Part shown: positions 56,289-64,000 of the stretch, in pieces
Position numbering within the stretch: position 1 is the first letter of the stretch
Layout: every line of letters starts with the position of its first letter
Assembly (NCBI GenBank): GCA_035532355.1
Contig: DATKRJ010000215.1
Span: 7,247-71,246, forward strand
Origin: Thermomicrobiaceae bacterium
Lineage (GTDB): Bacteria; Chloroflexota; Chloroflexia; Thermomicrobiales; Thermomicrobiaceae
DNA length: 64,000 bases
Direction of reading: 5' to 3'
Made by a program: the position numbers and the translations under genes
Notes under the pieces: model-generated
Seen by the model: the letters and a program-made list of their open reading frames with translations, nothing else
The model's database searches: none
Told to the model about the DNA's origin: nothing

Positions 56289-56317
56289 TTGTCCGACCCC
56301 GCCAACGCTGCTATAAC
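56289..56317 (+). promoter_or_regulatory. Sigma70-like promoter (extended -10) upstream of the PFK-family gene
   Basis: TTGTCC (56289-56294), 17-nt spacer, TGcTATAAC (the -10 hexamer is at 56312-56317). Confidence 0.4.
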
Positions 56318-56353
56318 GCATCGGCCGTGCCGCCCAGGCTTGCCTGATTCGAT

Positions 56354-57631
56354 GTGGACCGCGCGGTGGTCGGGCGCAAGGCACCTCGGACAGCACGCCG
56401 CGCACATACCGGGGGGTCACGCTTGGGGTCCTGGGACAACCTGCTCGTGGCGCAGTCCGGCGGTGCCACGGCCGTCATCAACGCCAGCCTGGTAGGCGCC
56501 GTCGAGACCGCGCGAGCCAGTGCGCGCTTCGGCGCGATCATCGGCGCGCGAAACGGCATCGAGGGAATCCTGGGCGCGGAGTTCGTCGACCTGGGGCGGC
56601 AGCCGCCCGACGTGCTGATGGCGGTGGCCCGAACCCCATCCGCCGCGCTGGGCACGACGCGGCGCCGGCTCGACGACGAGACCGCGGCCCTGGCGGTCCG
56701 GAACCTCGCGCGGCGCGAGGTGCATCACGTCGCCTACATCGGGGGTAACGACTCCGCCGACACGGCCAGCCGTCTGGCCCGTGCCGCCGTCGACGCGCGC
56801 TACGAACTCGCGGTGGTCGGCATCCCCAAGACTATCGACAATGACCTGCCCGACACCGACCACTGCCCGGGCTACGGATCCATCGCGCGATTCATGGCGC
56901 TCGCCACCCGCGACGCCGGGCGCGACACCGAGGCCACGGCCGGCCTCTACCCCATCAAGCTGATCGAGGTGATGGGCCGGAACGCGGGATGGGTCGCAGC
57001 GGCGACCGCGCTCGGCCAGGAGCGCGACATCGACTCGCCGCAGCTCATCTTCTTCCCGGAGCGTCCGGCACGCGATCTGGCGACCTTTCTGGACGAGATA
57101 GGCGCGGCCCACCGTCGCTATGGGCACGTGGTCGCCATCGTGCCGGAGACGGCGCGAGACGCCTCCGGAGACCCATTGACCGGTGCGGAGGCGTACTGGA
57201 CCGATCCGTTCGGCCATCGCTACTACCAGAGCCCGGGTCCAATGCTGGCGCGGGCCATTGAGGAGAGGCTCGGACTGCGCGCCCGCTACGACAAGCCCGG
57301 CACGATCGCGCGGATGTTTGGCGCCTGCCTATCGGAGACCGACCTGAGCGAAGCCCACATGGTCGGTGCCGCCGCGGTACAACTCCTGCTCACCGGTGTC
57401 TCCGGCGTGATGGTAACGCTGGTGCGCGCCGGCGACGCGCCCTATCGCTGCGCGACCGGGACGACGCCGTTGGCCAGCGTGGCCAATCGGGAGCGGCATC
57501 TGCCCGATGAGTTCATCACCGACGGCGGCCGTGGGATAACCGACGCGTTCCGCGCCTACGCCGTGCCGCTGATCGGCGGCCCGCTCCCTCTATACGGCCG
57601 GCTGCTCGATCTCGACGTGCCGGGTGCGTAG
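56354..57631 (+). CDS. 6-phosphofructokinase family protein, probably PPi-dependent type
   Basis: QSGGATAVINAS, IGGNDSADTA, GIPKTIDNDL and MGRNAGW. Asp occupies the position equivalent to Gly104 of the E. coli enzyme (GGDGS versus GGNDS). The start is uncertain; a TTG at 56423 is an alternative. Confidence 0.75.
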   Translation: MDRAVVGRKAPRTARRAHTGGSRLGSWDNLLVAQSGGATAVINASLVGAVETARASARFGAIIGARNGIEGILGAEFVDLGRQPPDVLMAVARTPSAALGTTRRRLDDETAALAVRNLARREVHHVAYIGGNDSADTASRLARAAVDARYELAVVGIPKTIDNDLPDTDHCPGYGSIARFMALATRDAGRDTEATAGLYPIKLIEVMGRNAGWVAAATALGQERDIDSPQLIFFPERPARDLATFLDEIGAAHRRYGHVVAIVPETARDASGDPLTGAEAYWTDPFGHRYYQSPGPMLARAIEERLGLRARYDKPGTIARMFGACLSETDLSEAHMVGAAAVQLLLTGVSGVMVTLVRAGDAPYRCATGTTPLASVANRERHLPDEFITDGGRGITDAFRAYAVPLIGGPLPLYGRLLDLDVPGA

Positions 57632-57706
57632 CGCGTCGCCATCCCGCTTCGACCGCGCGGTCGCTCGCGCCCACACGACGGTCTTTGTTTGGGAGAAACG
57701 CGGGAC

Positions 57707-59473
57707 ATGAGCCAGAGCACACCGACCCCTCCCGAGCGCATCCTCACCGGCCGGCAGGAGGAACTGCGCGAGCGCGCGGCGGGAATCGTCGACGAACTGT
57801 CACGCACGATCCGCCAGTTCCCCGCCACCGAGGAGGACCTCACACTGCTCGCCGATGCGGGCGAGCGGCTGCAGGCGCTGTTTCTCCTCGTGGTGGCGGG
57901 GGAGTTCAACTCCGGCAAGTCCGCTGTGATCAACGCGCTGCTCGGCGAGACGGTCATGCCCGAAGGCGTCACGCCGACGACCAGCGCGATCCACCTGCTG
58001 CTCTATGGTGACCCGCCATCCGACGCGGTCGGCGCCAACGGCGTCGTCCAGCACGCCCACCCGGCGGCCTTCCTACGGGACGTCAATCTGGTCGACACCC
58101 CGGGGACCAACGCCATCATCCGCGAGCACGAGGAGATCTCCCAGCGCTTCATCCCACGCGCCGACCTGGTGCTCTTCGTGACCTCGACCGACCGGCCGTT
58201 CACCGAGACCGAGCGCCAGTTCATGATTGAGATCCGGGCCTGGGGCAAGAAGATCGTGCTGGTCGTCAACAAGATCGACCTGCTGCAGTCGGCGCGTGAA
58301 CTGGCCGAAGTGTCCGACTTCGTGACCGGCAATGCCGAGCGCGTGCTCGGCCTGCGCCCTCAGGTGTTCCCGGTCTCCGCACGCCGGGCACGAGAAGCCG
58401 AGGCGAGCGGTCAGGCCGAGGAGCGCCGCCGCCTGTGGGACAGCAGTGGGCTCGGCGCGCTGCAAAGCTTCATCATCGACTCGCTCGATGAGGAGATGCG
58501 CATCCGGCTGAAGCTGCTGAGTCCGCTCGGCATCGCCGACCGCGTCGGCGCACGCTACCGGGCGGCGGCGACCGAGCGGCTGGCGATCCTGGACCGCGAC
58601 GCGCAGACGGTCGAGCGGATCGAGCAGCGCATTTCGGTCTACCAGACCGAGATGCGCGCCGACTTCACCGGCTACCTCTCGCGGGTGGAGGCGATCATCT
58701 TCCGCTTCAACGATCGCGCCGACCGCTTTTTCGACCGCACGATCCGCCTTGGGCGCGTGCTCGACCTGCGGGATCGGGACAGGATCCAGGGCGAGTTCCG
58801 CGACCAGGTGGTCGCGGACACCGAGCTCCAGATCGACGCCACCGTCGCGGAGATGATCGACTGGATGGTCGAGCGAGACTTGCGGCTGTGGCAGGCGGTC
58901 AACGAGTACATCGACCGTCGGCAGCTCGACCGCCATCAGGACGAGATCGTGGGGGAGGTCGGCGGGAAGTTCAGCTACGACCGGCAGGCGTTGCTGGCCG
59001 CCGTCGCGCGCCGGGCCGACGACGTGGTGGAACGCTACGACCCGCGGCGCGAGGGCCTGGAGATCGCCGAGGCCGTCCGCAGCGCGGTCGGTCAGACGGC
59101 GCTGGCGGAGATCGGTGCGGTCGGGCTCGGTGCAATCGTGATCGCGCTGGCGACCACCGCAACGATGGATGTCACCGGTATCCTCGCGGCGCTTACGATC
59201 GGCGGCGTCGGGCTACTCATCTTGCCGGCACGCAAGCGGCGCGCTCGCGAACTCCTCCGCCGTCGCTCGGCCGAGCTGCGCGAGCGGCTGACCGAGGCGC
59301 TGCAGGACCAGTTCGACCGCGAGGTGGAACGCTCCACGGCGCGCGTTCGGGACACACTGGCGCCCTATTCCGCGTTCGTGCGCGCCGAGCGCGACAAGCT
59401 GCAGCGGCTGAGCCAGGTGCTCGCCCGGGTCGACGCCGACGTGTCCGACCTGCGGCGTATCGTGGATGTCTGA
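57707..59473 (+). CDS. Bacterial dynamin-like GTPase
   Basis: G1 GEFNSGKSAVINALLG, G3 DTPG, G4 NKID, a helical stalk, and a C-terminal hydrophobic hairpin LAEIGAVGLGAIVIALATTATMDVTGILAALTIGGVGLLILP. Confidence 0.8.
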   Translation: MSQSTPTPPERILTGRQEELRERAAGIVDELSRTIRQFPATEEDLTLLADAGERLQALFLLVVAGEFNSGKSAVINALLGETVMPEGVTPTTSAIHLLLYGDPPSDAVGANGVVQHAHPAAFLRDVNLVDTPGTNAIIREHEEISQRFIPRADLVLFVTSTDRPFTETERQFMIEIRAWGKKIVLVVNKIDLLQSARELAEVSDFVTGNAERVLGLRPQVFPVSARRAREAEASGQAEERRRLWDSSGLGALQSFIIDSLDEEMRIRLKLLSPLGIADRVGARYRAAATERLAILDRDAQTVERIEQRISVYQTEMRADFTGYLSRVEAIIFRFNDRADRFFDRTIRLGRVLDLRDRDRIQGEFRDQVVADTELQIDATVAEMIDWMVERDLRLWQAVNEYIDRRQLDRHQDEIVGEVGGKFSYDRQALLAAVARRADDVVERYDPRREGLEIAEAVRSAVGQTALAEIGAVGLGAIVIALATTATMDVTGILAALTIGGVGLLILPARKRRARELLRRRSAELRERLTEALQDQFDREVERSTARVRDTLAPYSAFVRAERDKLQRLSQVLARVDADVSDLRRIVDV

Positions 59474-59477
59474 GTGA

Positions 59478-59777
59478 TCAAGCCTCCACGACGACGTAGC
59501 CTTCCGCGTCGCGATCCACCAATCGCGTCGCGTAGCGTCCGAAGTCCGGCAGCGCCGGCAGGAGCTGACCAAATAGGATCTCGTTGTAGGTGTTGTGGGT
59601 GGCCCGGCTTGACCAGCGCTCGACCCAGGCATAGTGATGGTCCTCGTCGAGCTTGACCAGCTCAGATGACAGGCAGCCGGGCTCGCGGGCCGCGCGCTCG
59701 ACGACGCCGCGGAAGTCGCGCTCGAACACGCGCTGCATGCCCTCATCGACATCGAAGAAGCTCACGTCGATGAACAT
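59478..59777 (-). CDS. Antibiotic biosynthesis monooxygenase (ABM) domain protein
   Basis: 99 aa with a ferredoxin-like ABM pattern (LVKLDEDHHYAWVERWSSRATH). Family resemblance only. Confidence 0.6.
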   Translation of the reverse strand: MFIDVSFFDVDEGMQRVFERDFRGVVERAAREPGCLSSELVKLDEDHHYAWVERWSSRATHNTYNEILFGQLLPALPDFGRYATRLVDRDAEGYVVVEA

Positions 59778-59860
59778 CCCGGCCTCCCCTCGCTGCGCGA
59801 GTCACCAGCAGTCCGGTGCTAACGGCCGCCTCCGACCACGGAGGATCGCCGGAACGGCTC

Positions 59861-59869
59861 TGCTATAAT
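59861..59869 (+). promoter_or_regulatory. Extended -10 promoter element upstream of the JAMM operon
   Basis: TGcTATAAT, with a perfect TATAAT at 59864-59869. No good -35 element. Confidence 0.4.
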
Positions 59870-59971
59870 CCGCTCCGTCGCGGCGCGGGCCGCTGGGCGG
59901 GATTCTACCGTGGCCGTCTCCGGGTGTCTCGAACGGCAGGCCGACCCGGCGGCTGGCGGACTGGCGCAGGC

Positions 59972-60433
59972 ATGGAGCGCGACCACCAGAACGGACCGCT
60001 CGAAGTCCTCCAAATCGACCGTGATCTCTACGAAGCGATGATCGCCCACGTCCGCGGCGCCTATCCGCACGAGGGCTGCGGGCTGATCGCCTTCAACGGC
60101 GCGCATCCCGTTCGGTTGTTTCCGGGTACGAACACCGAGCACAGCGCCACCCGCTACAATATGGATCCGGGCGAGGTGGTCGCGGCGCTCGACGAGATGG
60201 AGCGCCGGCGTTGGCGGCTCGGGGCGATCTTCCACTCACATCCCCGCACGTCGGCCGTCCCGTCACGCACCGATCTCCGACACGCCTACGACGCTTATTA
60301 CCAGGCCGCGTTGATGATCATCGTGTCGCTGGCAACCCCAGAGCCCGACGTGCGTGCCTATCTGGTCAGCGGCGAACCCCGTGAGATCCCGGTCGTGGTG
60401 CAGCCGCGGCGAGAGGAGACGGATGAGGCATGA
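59972..60433 (+). CDS. JAMM/MPN+ family metalloprotease (Mov34/Mec-like)
   Basis: HEGCG (Glu) followed by HSHPRTSAVPSRTD, which fits E..HxH-x7-S-x2-D. Confidence 0.8.
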   Translation: MERDHQNGPLEVLQIDRDLYEAMIAHVRGAYPHEGCGLIAFNGAHPVRLFPGTNTEHSATRYNMDPGEVVAALDEMERRRWRLGAIFHSHPRTSAVPSRTDLRHAYDAYYQAALMIIVSLATPEPDVRAYLVSGEPREIPVVVQPRREETDEA

Positions 60434-61185
60434 CTGACGGTCGGACCGTCGGCGTTCTCGGCGGGATGGGGCCGCTGGCGACGGCCGACCTGTACCGAAA
60501 GATCATCGACGCCACTCCAGCGCGCCGCGACCAGGACCACCTGCACGTGATCATCGACGCCGATCCGCGTGTCCCGGACCGGACGGACGCGTTGCTCCGC
60601 GGCGGGGAGGATCCGACCCCCTGGCTCGTCGCCGGCGCATGCCGGCTGGCCGCCGCCGGCGCGGACTTCATCGTCATGCCCTGCAACACGGCGCACGCGT
60701 TCCTGCCGCAGGTACAACTCGAGGTGACGATCCCGTTCGTCAGCATGATCGAGGCAGCGACCGCGGAGGTCGCCCGGATCGTGGCACCGGGCTCGCCGGT
60801 CGGGATCCTGGCCACGTCCGGCACGATCGCGGTCGGGCTCTACCAGCACGCGCTGGAGCGCCTCGGCCTCCGACCGCTGGTGCCGGCTGACACGGACCAG
60901 GTCAGGGTCGAGACCGGCATACACCTGGTCAAGGCGGGCCAGACCGGTCGGGAGGCGACCGAGCACGTCCTCGTCGGGGCCAGGTCCCTCGTCGCACATG
61001 GCGCCGTGGCGCTGCTCGCCGCCTGTACGGAACTCCCGATCATCCTGCACCAGGAGGACGTACCGGTGCCGCTGGTCGACCCGACGGCGGCGCTGGCCCG
61101 CGCCGCCGTCGCCGTGGCATCCGAGGACGAGGCGATCCGGCAATTCGGACTCAATGAGGGGATGCGCCATGCCGTCCAGTCGTGA
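60430..61185 (+). CDS. Aspartate/glutamate racemase family protein (aspartate racemase-like)
   Basis: VGVLGGMGPLATADLYRKI, the first catalytic Cys in MPCNTAH and the second in LAACTELP. ATGA overlap with the JAMM gene. Confidence 0.8.
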   Translation: MTDGRTVGVLGGMGPLATADLYRKIIDATPARRDQDHLHVIIDADPRVPDRTDALLRGGEDPTPWLVAGACRLAAAGADFIVMPCNTAHAFLPQVQLEVTIPFVSMIEAATAEVARIVAPGSPVGILATSGTIAVGLYQHALERLGLRPLVPADTDQVRVETGIHLVKAGQTGREATEHVLVGARSLVAHGAVALLAACTELPIILHQEDVPVPLVDPTAALARAAVAVASEDEAIRQFGLNEGMRHAVQS

Positions 61186-61630
61186 CGACCGGCTCACGCG
61201 CATGCGCCAGCTCCCCGACCGTGTGGCGCGGATCGTGGATCCCGCTCCGCTCGACGCGATCCGCCGCGCCGGCGCCAACGGCGAGTGGGGTGCGATCGAG
61301 ATCCTGACGCACCTGCGCGACTGGGATGAGGTGAACCTGGACCGGCTTGACCATGTGCTCGGCGAGGATCGGCCGACGCTGGAAACGTTCGACGGCGATC
61401 TCTGGGCCATCGAGCGCGACTACCACGCGCAGGACCCATCCCGCGTGCTGGTCTCGCTGCGCCAGCACCGCAGGCGCCTGGTCGATGAGCTCGAGGCCGT
61501 CCCGGACGCGGGATGGTCACGGACCGCGCGGCACCCGGAACTCGGCGAGGTAACGCTCGATGACCTGGTACGGCGGATCGACGAGCACGACCAACAACAC
61601 CTGCAGGACCTGCGCGACCTCCTGCTCTGA
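61169..61630 (+). CDS. DinB family (DinB_2-like) protein
   Basis: WGAIEILTHLRDWDEV and a C-terminal IDEHDQQHLQDLRDLL (His triad pattern). Overlaps the racemase end by 17 nt. Confidence 0.65.
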   Translation: MPSSRDDRLTRMRQLPDRVARIVDPAPLDAIRRAGANGEWGAIEILTHLRDWDEVNLDRLDHVLGEDRPTLETFDGDLWAIERDYHAQDPSRVLVSLRQHRRRLVDELEAVPDAGWSRTARHPELGEVTLDDLVRRIDEHDQQHLQDLRDLLL

Positions 61631-61669
61631 TGTTCCCGGCTCGACACGTGAGCGGTGATGAGCCCGCCT

Positions 61670-61698
61670 GTTGCGGAACCTGTACCTCGGTTCTATAC
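61670..61698 (+). promoter_or_regulatory. Sigma70-like promoter of the zinc-ribbon gene
   Basis: TTGCGG (61670-61675), 17-nt spacer, TATACT (61693-61698). It implies a 5' UTR of about 155 nt. Confidence 0.45.
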
Positions 61699-61859
61699 TG
61701 GCACTCAGGTTCCACACGTCAAGTTGCGTTCGTTTCCCTACGGCCGCAGACGCCCCGTGAGATGGTCGTTGGAGGCGAGCGGGAGGGGGCTGAGCGTCCC
61801 CGGTGGCGGGCTGAACCTGCGCACCGCCTCCGAGCGTTCTCCCCGAGGAGTGGCCCGGG

Positions 61860-62183
61860 ATGTCGATGGCCGACAAGCTCTTGGTGTGCCGCGATTGCGG
61901 CCTCGAGTTCGTGTTCACGGCCGGGGAGCAGGAGTTCTACGCCGCCCGCGGCTTTAACGATCCGACGCGCTGCCCTGCCTGCCGCACCGCCCGTCGACAG
62001 TCGCGCGGCAGCGGGCCATCGGCGTTCCCATCCGGGTCCGGCATGGGCGACTCTCGGCCGACGCGACAGCTCTACCCGGCCGTCTGCGCCCAGTGCGGCC
62101 GCGAGACGATGGTGCCCTTCGAGCCGCGCAACGGGCGACCGGTCTACTGCCGCGAGTGCTTCCAGCGCCTGCAGGGACGCTGA
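61860..62183 (+). CDS. Zinc-ribbon domain protein (duplicated CxxC...CxxC module)
   Basis: LVCRDCGLEFVFTAGEQEFYAARGFNDPTRCPACR and AVCAQCGRETMVPFEPRNGRPVYCRECF. GAGGAG lies 9 nt before the ATG. Confidence 0.75.
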   Translation: MSMADKLLVCRDCGLEFVFTAGEQEFYAARGFNDPTRCPACRTARRQSRGSGPSAFPSGSGMGDSRPTRQLYPAVCAQCGRETMVPFEPRNGRPVYCRECFQRLQGR

Positions 62184-62216
62184 TCCAGCGGCGGCTGGTC
62201 GATCGACGCGTCGCGC

Positions 62217-62651
62217 TCAGTCCAGCATCTTGACGAAGCGCAGGCCGGTGTCGACGTAGCCGAGGCGCCGGTAGAAGGCGTGAGCGCCGGCGCGGTGCCG
62301 CGCCGTGGTGAGCATCACCCCGTGGCAGCCCCGCTCCCGTGCCAGTTCCTCGACCGCGCGCACCATCACGGCCCCGATGCCGCGCCCGCGATGCGCGTCG
62401 TCGACCACCAGCGCGGCGAGACGGCACACCGGATCGTCGTGCTCCAGCAGCGGGATTACCTCGGCCGCGACCAACCCCACCACCACCCCGCCGGGGTCGA
62501 CGGCGGCCAGCACGCGCCAGTCTGCCGACCCGCCAAGCACCTGCAGGCGGCGTTCCGCCTGCCGCGCGGTCGTCGGGTAGCCGAGTTGCTCGAGGAGCCC
62601 CGCGACGGCTTCGGCGTCGGCGGCGGCTGCGTCGCGCACCGTGAGGTCCAC
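62217..62651 (-). CDS. GNAT family N-acetyltransferase
   Basis: Motif A HRGRGIGAVMVRAVEELARERG and C-terminal FYRRLGY. The start is uncertain between 62651 and 62729. Confidence 0.75.
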   Translation of the reverse strand: MDLTVRDAAAADAEAVAGLLEQLGYPTTARQAERRLQVLGGSADWRVLAAVDPGGVVVGLVAAEVIPLLEHDDPVCRLAALVVDDAHRGRGIGAVMVRAVEELARERGCHGVMLTTARHRAGAHAFYRRLGYVDTGLRFVKMLD

Positions 62652-62765
62652 CGGCCAGTCTCCTCGGTGTCCAGCGAGTCCGGCGGGAATAGCGCCGGGG
62701 CGCCACAGTCGTCCGCGGCGCCCCGGCATAACCCGCTCGAGCCGACTCGAGGGTCGAGTCGGGCT

Positions 62766-64000
62766 TTACTCGCCGAGCTCGGAGGCGAACTCGGTCTCGG
62801 CCTCGGTCAGGCTCTCATCGATGATCTCGATGATCCGGTCGATCTCCTCGTAGGTCACCACCAGCGGCGGCGCCACGTGGAGCACGTCCCAGACCCGCGT
62901 GACCATACCCTTCTCGTTGACTTTCTGGTCGACCCGCTTGAGGAACTCCGAGCCGCGGCCCCACTTCTCCTTGGTGTTGCGGTCCTTCACGATCTCGATG
63001 CCGCACATGAGGCCGACGCCACGGACGTCGCCGACACTCGGGTGGCTGCGCAGCTCGTTAAGCTGGCCCATCAGGTAGGCGCCTTTGTCGGCGCTCTGCT
63101 GCACCAGGCCCTCCCGCTCGAAGATCTCGAGATTCTTGAGCGCGGCCGCGCAGGCCACTGCCTGACCGCCGAAGGTCAGCAGGTGCCCGAGCGCCGTCTC
63201 CTTCTTCTCCTGGAAGATCTCGAACACCCGGTCACTGACGGCCACGCCGGCGATCGGCGCGTAGCCGGACGACAGCCCCTTGGCCATCGTCATCAGGTCC
63301 GGCTGCATGCCGAAGTGCTCGGTCGTGAACATCTTGCCGCTGCGGCCGAAGCCATTGATGACCTCGTCCATGATCAGCAGCACGCCGTGCTTGTCGCAGA
63401 TCTCGCGCAGCCGCTGCCAGTACTTGGGCGACGGGATGTGCACGCCGTTGGAGGTCGACACCGGCTCACCGATGACCGCGGCCACCGTCTCCGGTCCCTG
63501 GCTCTCGATCTCCTGCTCGACGTAGTTGGCGCACATCAGGTCGCCGGCCTCGCCCTCCAGGCCGAAGTCGTTGCGGTAGTGGTTGGGCGACGGCACGTGG
63601 TAGACCCCGTACATGAACGGCCCGAAGTAGGTCTCGTTGCGGGTGGCGGTGAGGCTGTACGCGCCCATGGTCATGCCGTGGTAGCTGCCCCGCCGCGCGA
63701 TGACCTTGTAGCGCTTGGGGAAGCCGCGCATCGCCTGGACCTGCTTGGCGATCTTGACCGCGCTCTCGACCGCCTCGGAGCCGCCCGAGCAGAAGTAGAT
63801 CCGATTGAGGTCGCCCGGTGTCAGCTTGGCCAGCACGTTGGCGAGCTGGACAGCCGGGACGGTCGTGTAACTGGCGGCGGAGGCGTAGGCGATCTTGGCC
63901 GCTTGCTCGGCCATGGCCTCGCCGATCTCGGCTCGCCCGTGGCCCGCGTTGACCACCCACAGCCCGGAGATACCGTCGAGGTACTCGCGGCCGTGGATGT
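62766..64000 (-). CDS. Class-III (omega-type) aminotransferase; N-terminus runs off the right edge
   Basis: The reverse complement of the last bases reads IHGREYLDGISGLWVVNAGHGR. Also present: FCSGGSEAVESAVKIA, IMDEVINGFGRSG and TMAKGLSSGY (PLP lysine). Confidence 0.85.
   Translation of the reverse strand, partial: IHGREYLDGISGLWVVNAGHGRAEIGEAMAEQAAKIAYASAASYTTVPAVQLANVLAKLTPGDLNRIYFCSGGSEAVESAVKIAKQVQAMRGFPKRYKVIARRGSYHGMTMGAYSLTATRNETYFGPFMYGVYHVPSPNHYRNDFGLEGEAGDLMCANYVEQEIESQGPETVAAVIGEPVSTSNGVHIPSPKYWQRLREICDKHGVLLIMDEVINGFGRSGKMFTTEHFGMQPDLMTMAKGLSSGYAPIAGVAVSDRVFEIFQEKKETALGHLLTFGGQAVACAAALKNLEIFEREGLVQQSADKGAYLMGQLNELRSHPSVGDVRGVGLMCGIEIVKDRNTKEKWGRGSEFLKRVDQKVNEKGMVTRVWDVLHVAPPLVVTYEEIDRIIEIIDESLTEAETEFASELGE

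Noticed and set aside
1-64000. A scan for CRISPR arrays, transposases, integrases, tRNA or rRNA genes, reverse transcriptases and toxin-antitoxin pairs.
   Set aside because: I could see no regularly spaced direct repeats, IS-type terminal repeats, recombinase motifs or tRNA cloverleaf signatures. The only internal repeats are protein-coding (SBBP repeats, the GNAT paralogues and the SMC coiled coil).

Overview
This is a visibly GC-rich bacterial chromosomal window with GGAGG-type Shine-Dalgarno sites and several near-consensus TTGACA-type promoters. It is densely packed with core genes. I saw no rRNA, tRNA, CRISPR array, transposase or integrase.

Genes in order:
- 1-16.7 kb: RNase J (partial), AlaX-type editing protein, a class I/II aminotransferase, an orphan LigD-type polymerase domain, hslVU, a GT2 glycosyltransferase, a ROK kinase, a family-5 solute-binding lipoprotein, ilvE, a class-III aminotransferase, priA and a membrane fatty-acid desaturase.
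- 17.0-27.1 kb: a 10-gene NDH-1 operon, nuoABCDHJKLMN, with no nuoE/F/G/I.
- 27.3-41.3 kb: PBP1A, an SDR oxidoreductase, a pimA-like GT4 plus CDP-alcohol phosphatidyltransferase pair, a LysM lipoprotein, an RNHCP protein, RidA, pepA, a TIM-barrel isomerase and smc.
- 41.4-47.7 kb: a Liv-type ABC importer operon headed by an MlrC/M81-like gene.
- 47.9-51.1 kb: two orphan small-protein genes, a cysteine-dioxygenase-like cupin and a secreted beta-propeller repeat gene broken by one in-frame TAG.
- 51.4-55.9 kb: a leader-controlled ABC-2 exporter, three tandem GNATs and a membrane ORF.
- 56.4-64.0 kb: a PFK-family kinase, a dynamin-like GTPase, an ABM monooxygenase, a JAMM / Asp-racemase / DinB operon, a zinc-ribbon protein, a GNAT and a partial class-III aminotransferase.

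The long antisense ORFs in the track are high-GC mirror artefacts.

The most unusual locus is 51.36-55.94 kb. A strong promoter is followed by a structured leader with uORFs and a terminator/antiterminator choice. That leader controls an exporter plus triple-acetyltransferase cassette that I cannot assign to any described system.

Other candidates worth a second look:
- a promoter- and terminator-bounded small RNA at 33.3-33.5 kb
- two self-contained small-protein genes at 47.9-48.5 kb
- two unexplained non-coding gaps, at 34.0-34.8 kb and 55.9-56.4 kb

All family calls come from motif recognition by eye. No database search was run.
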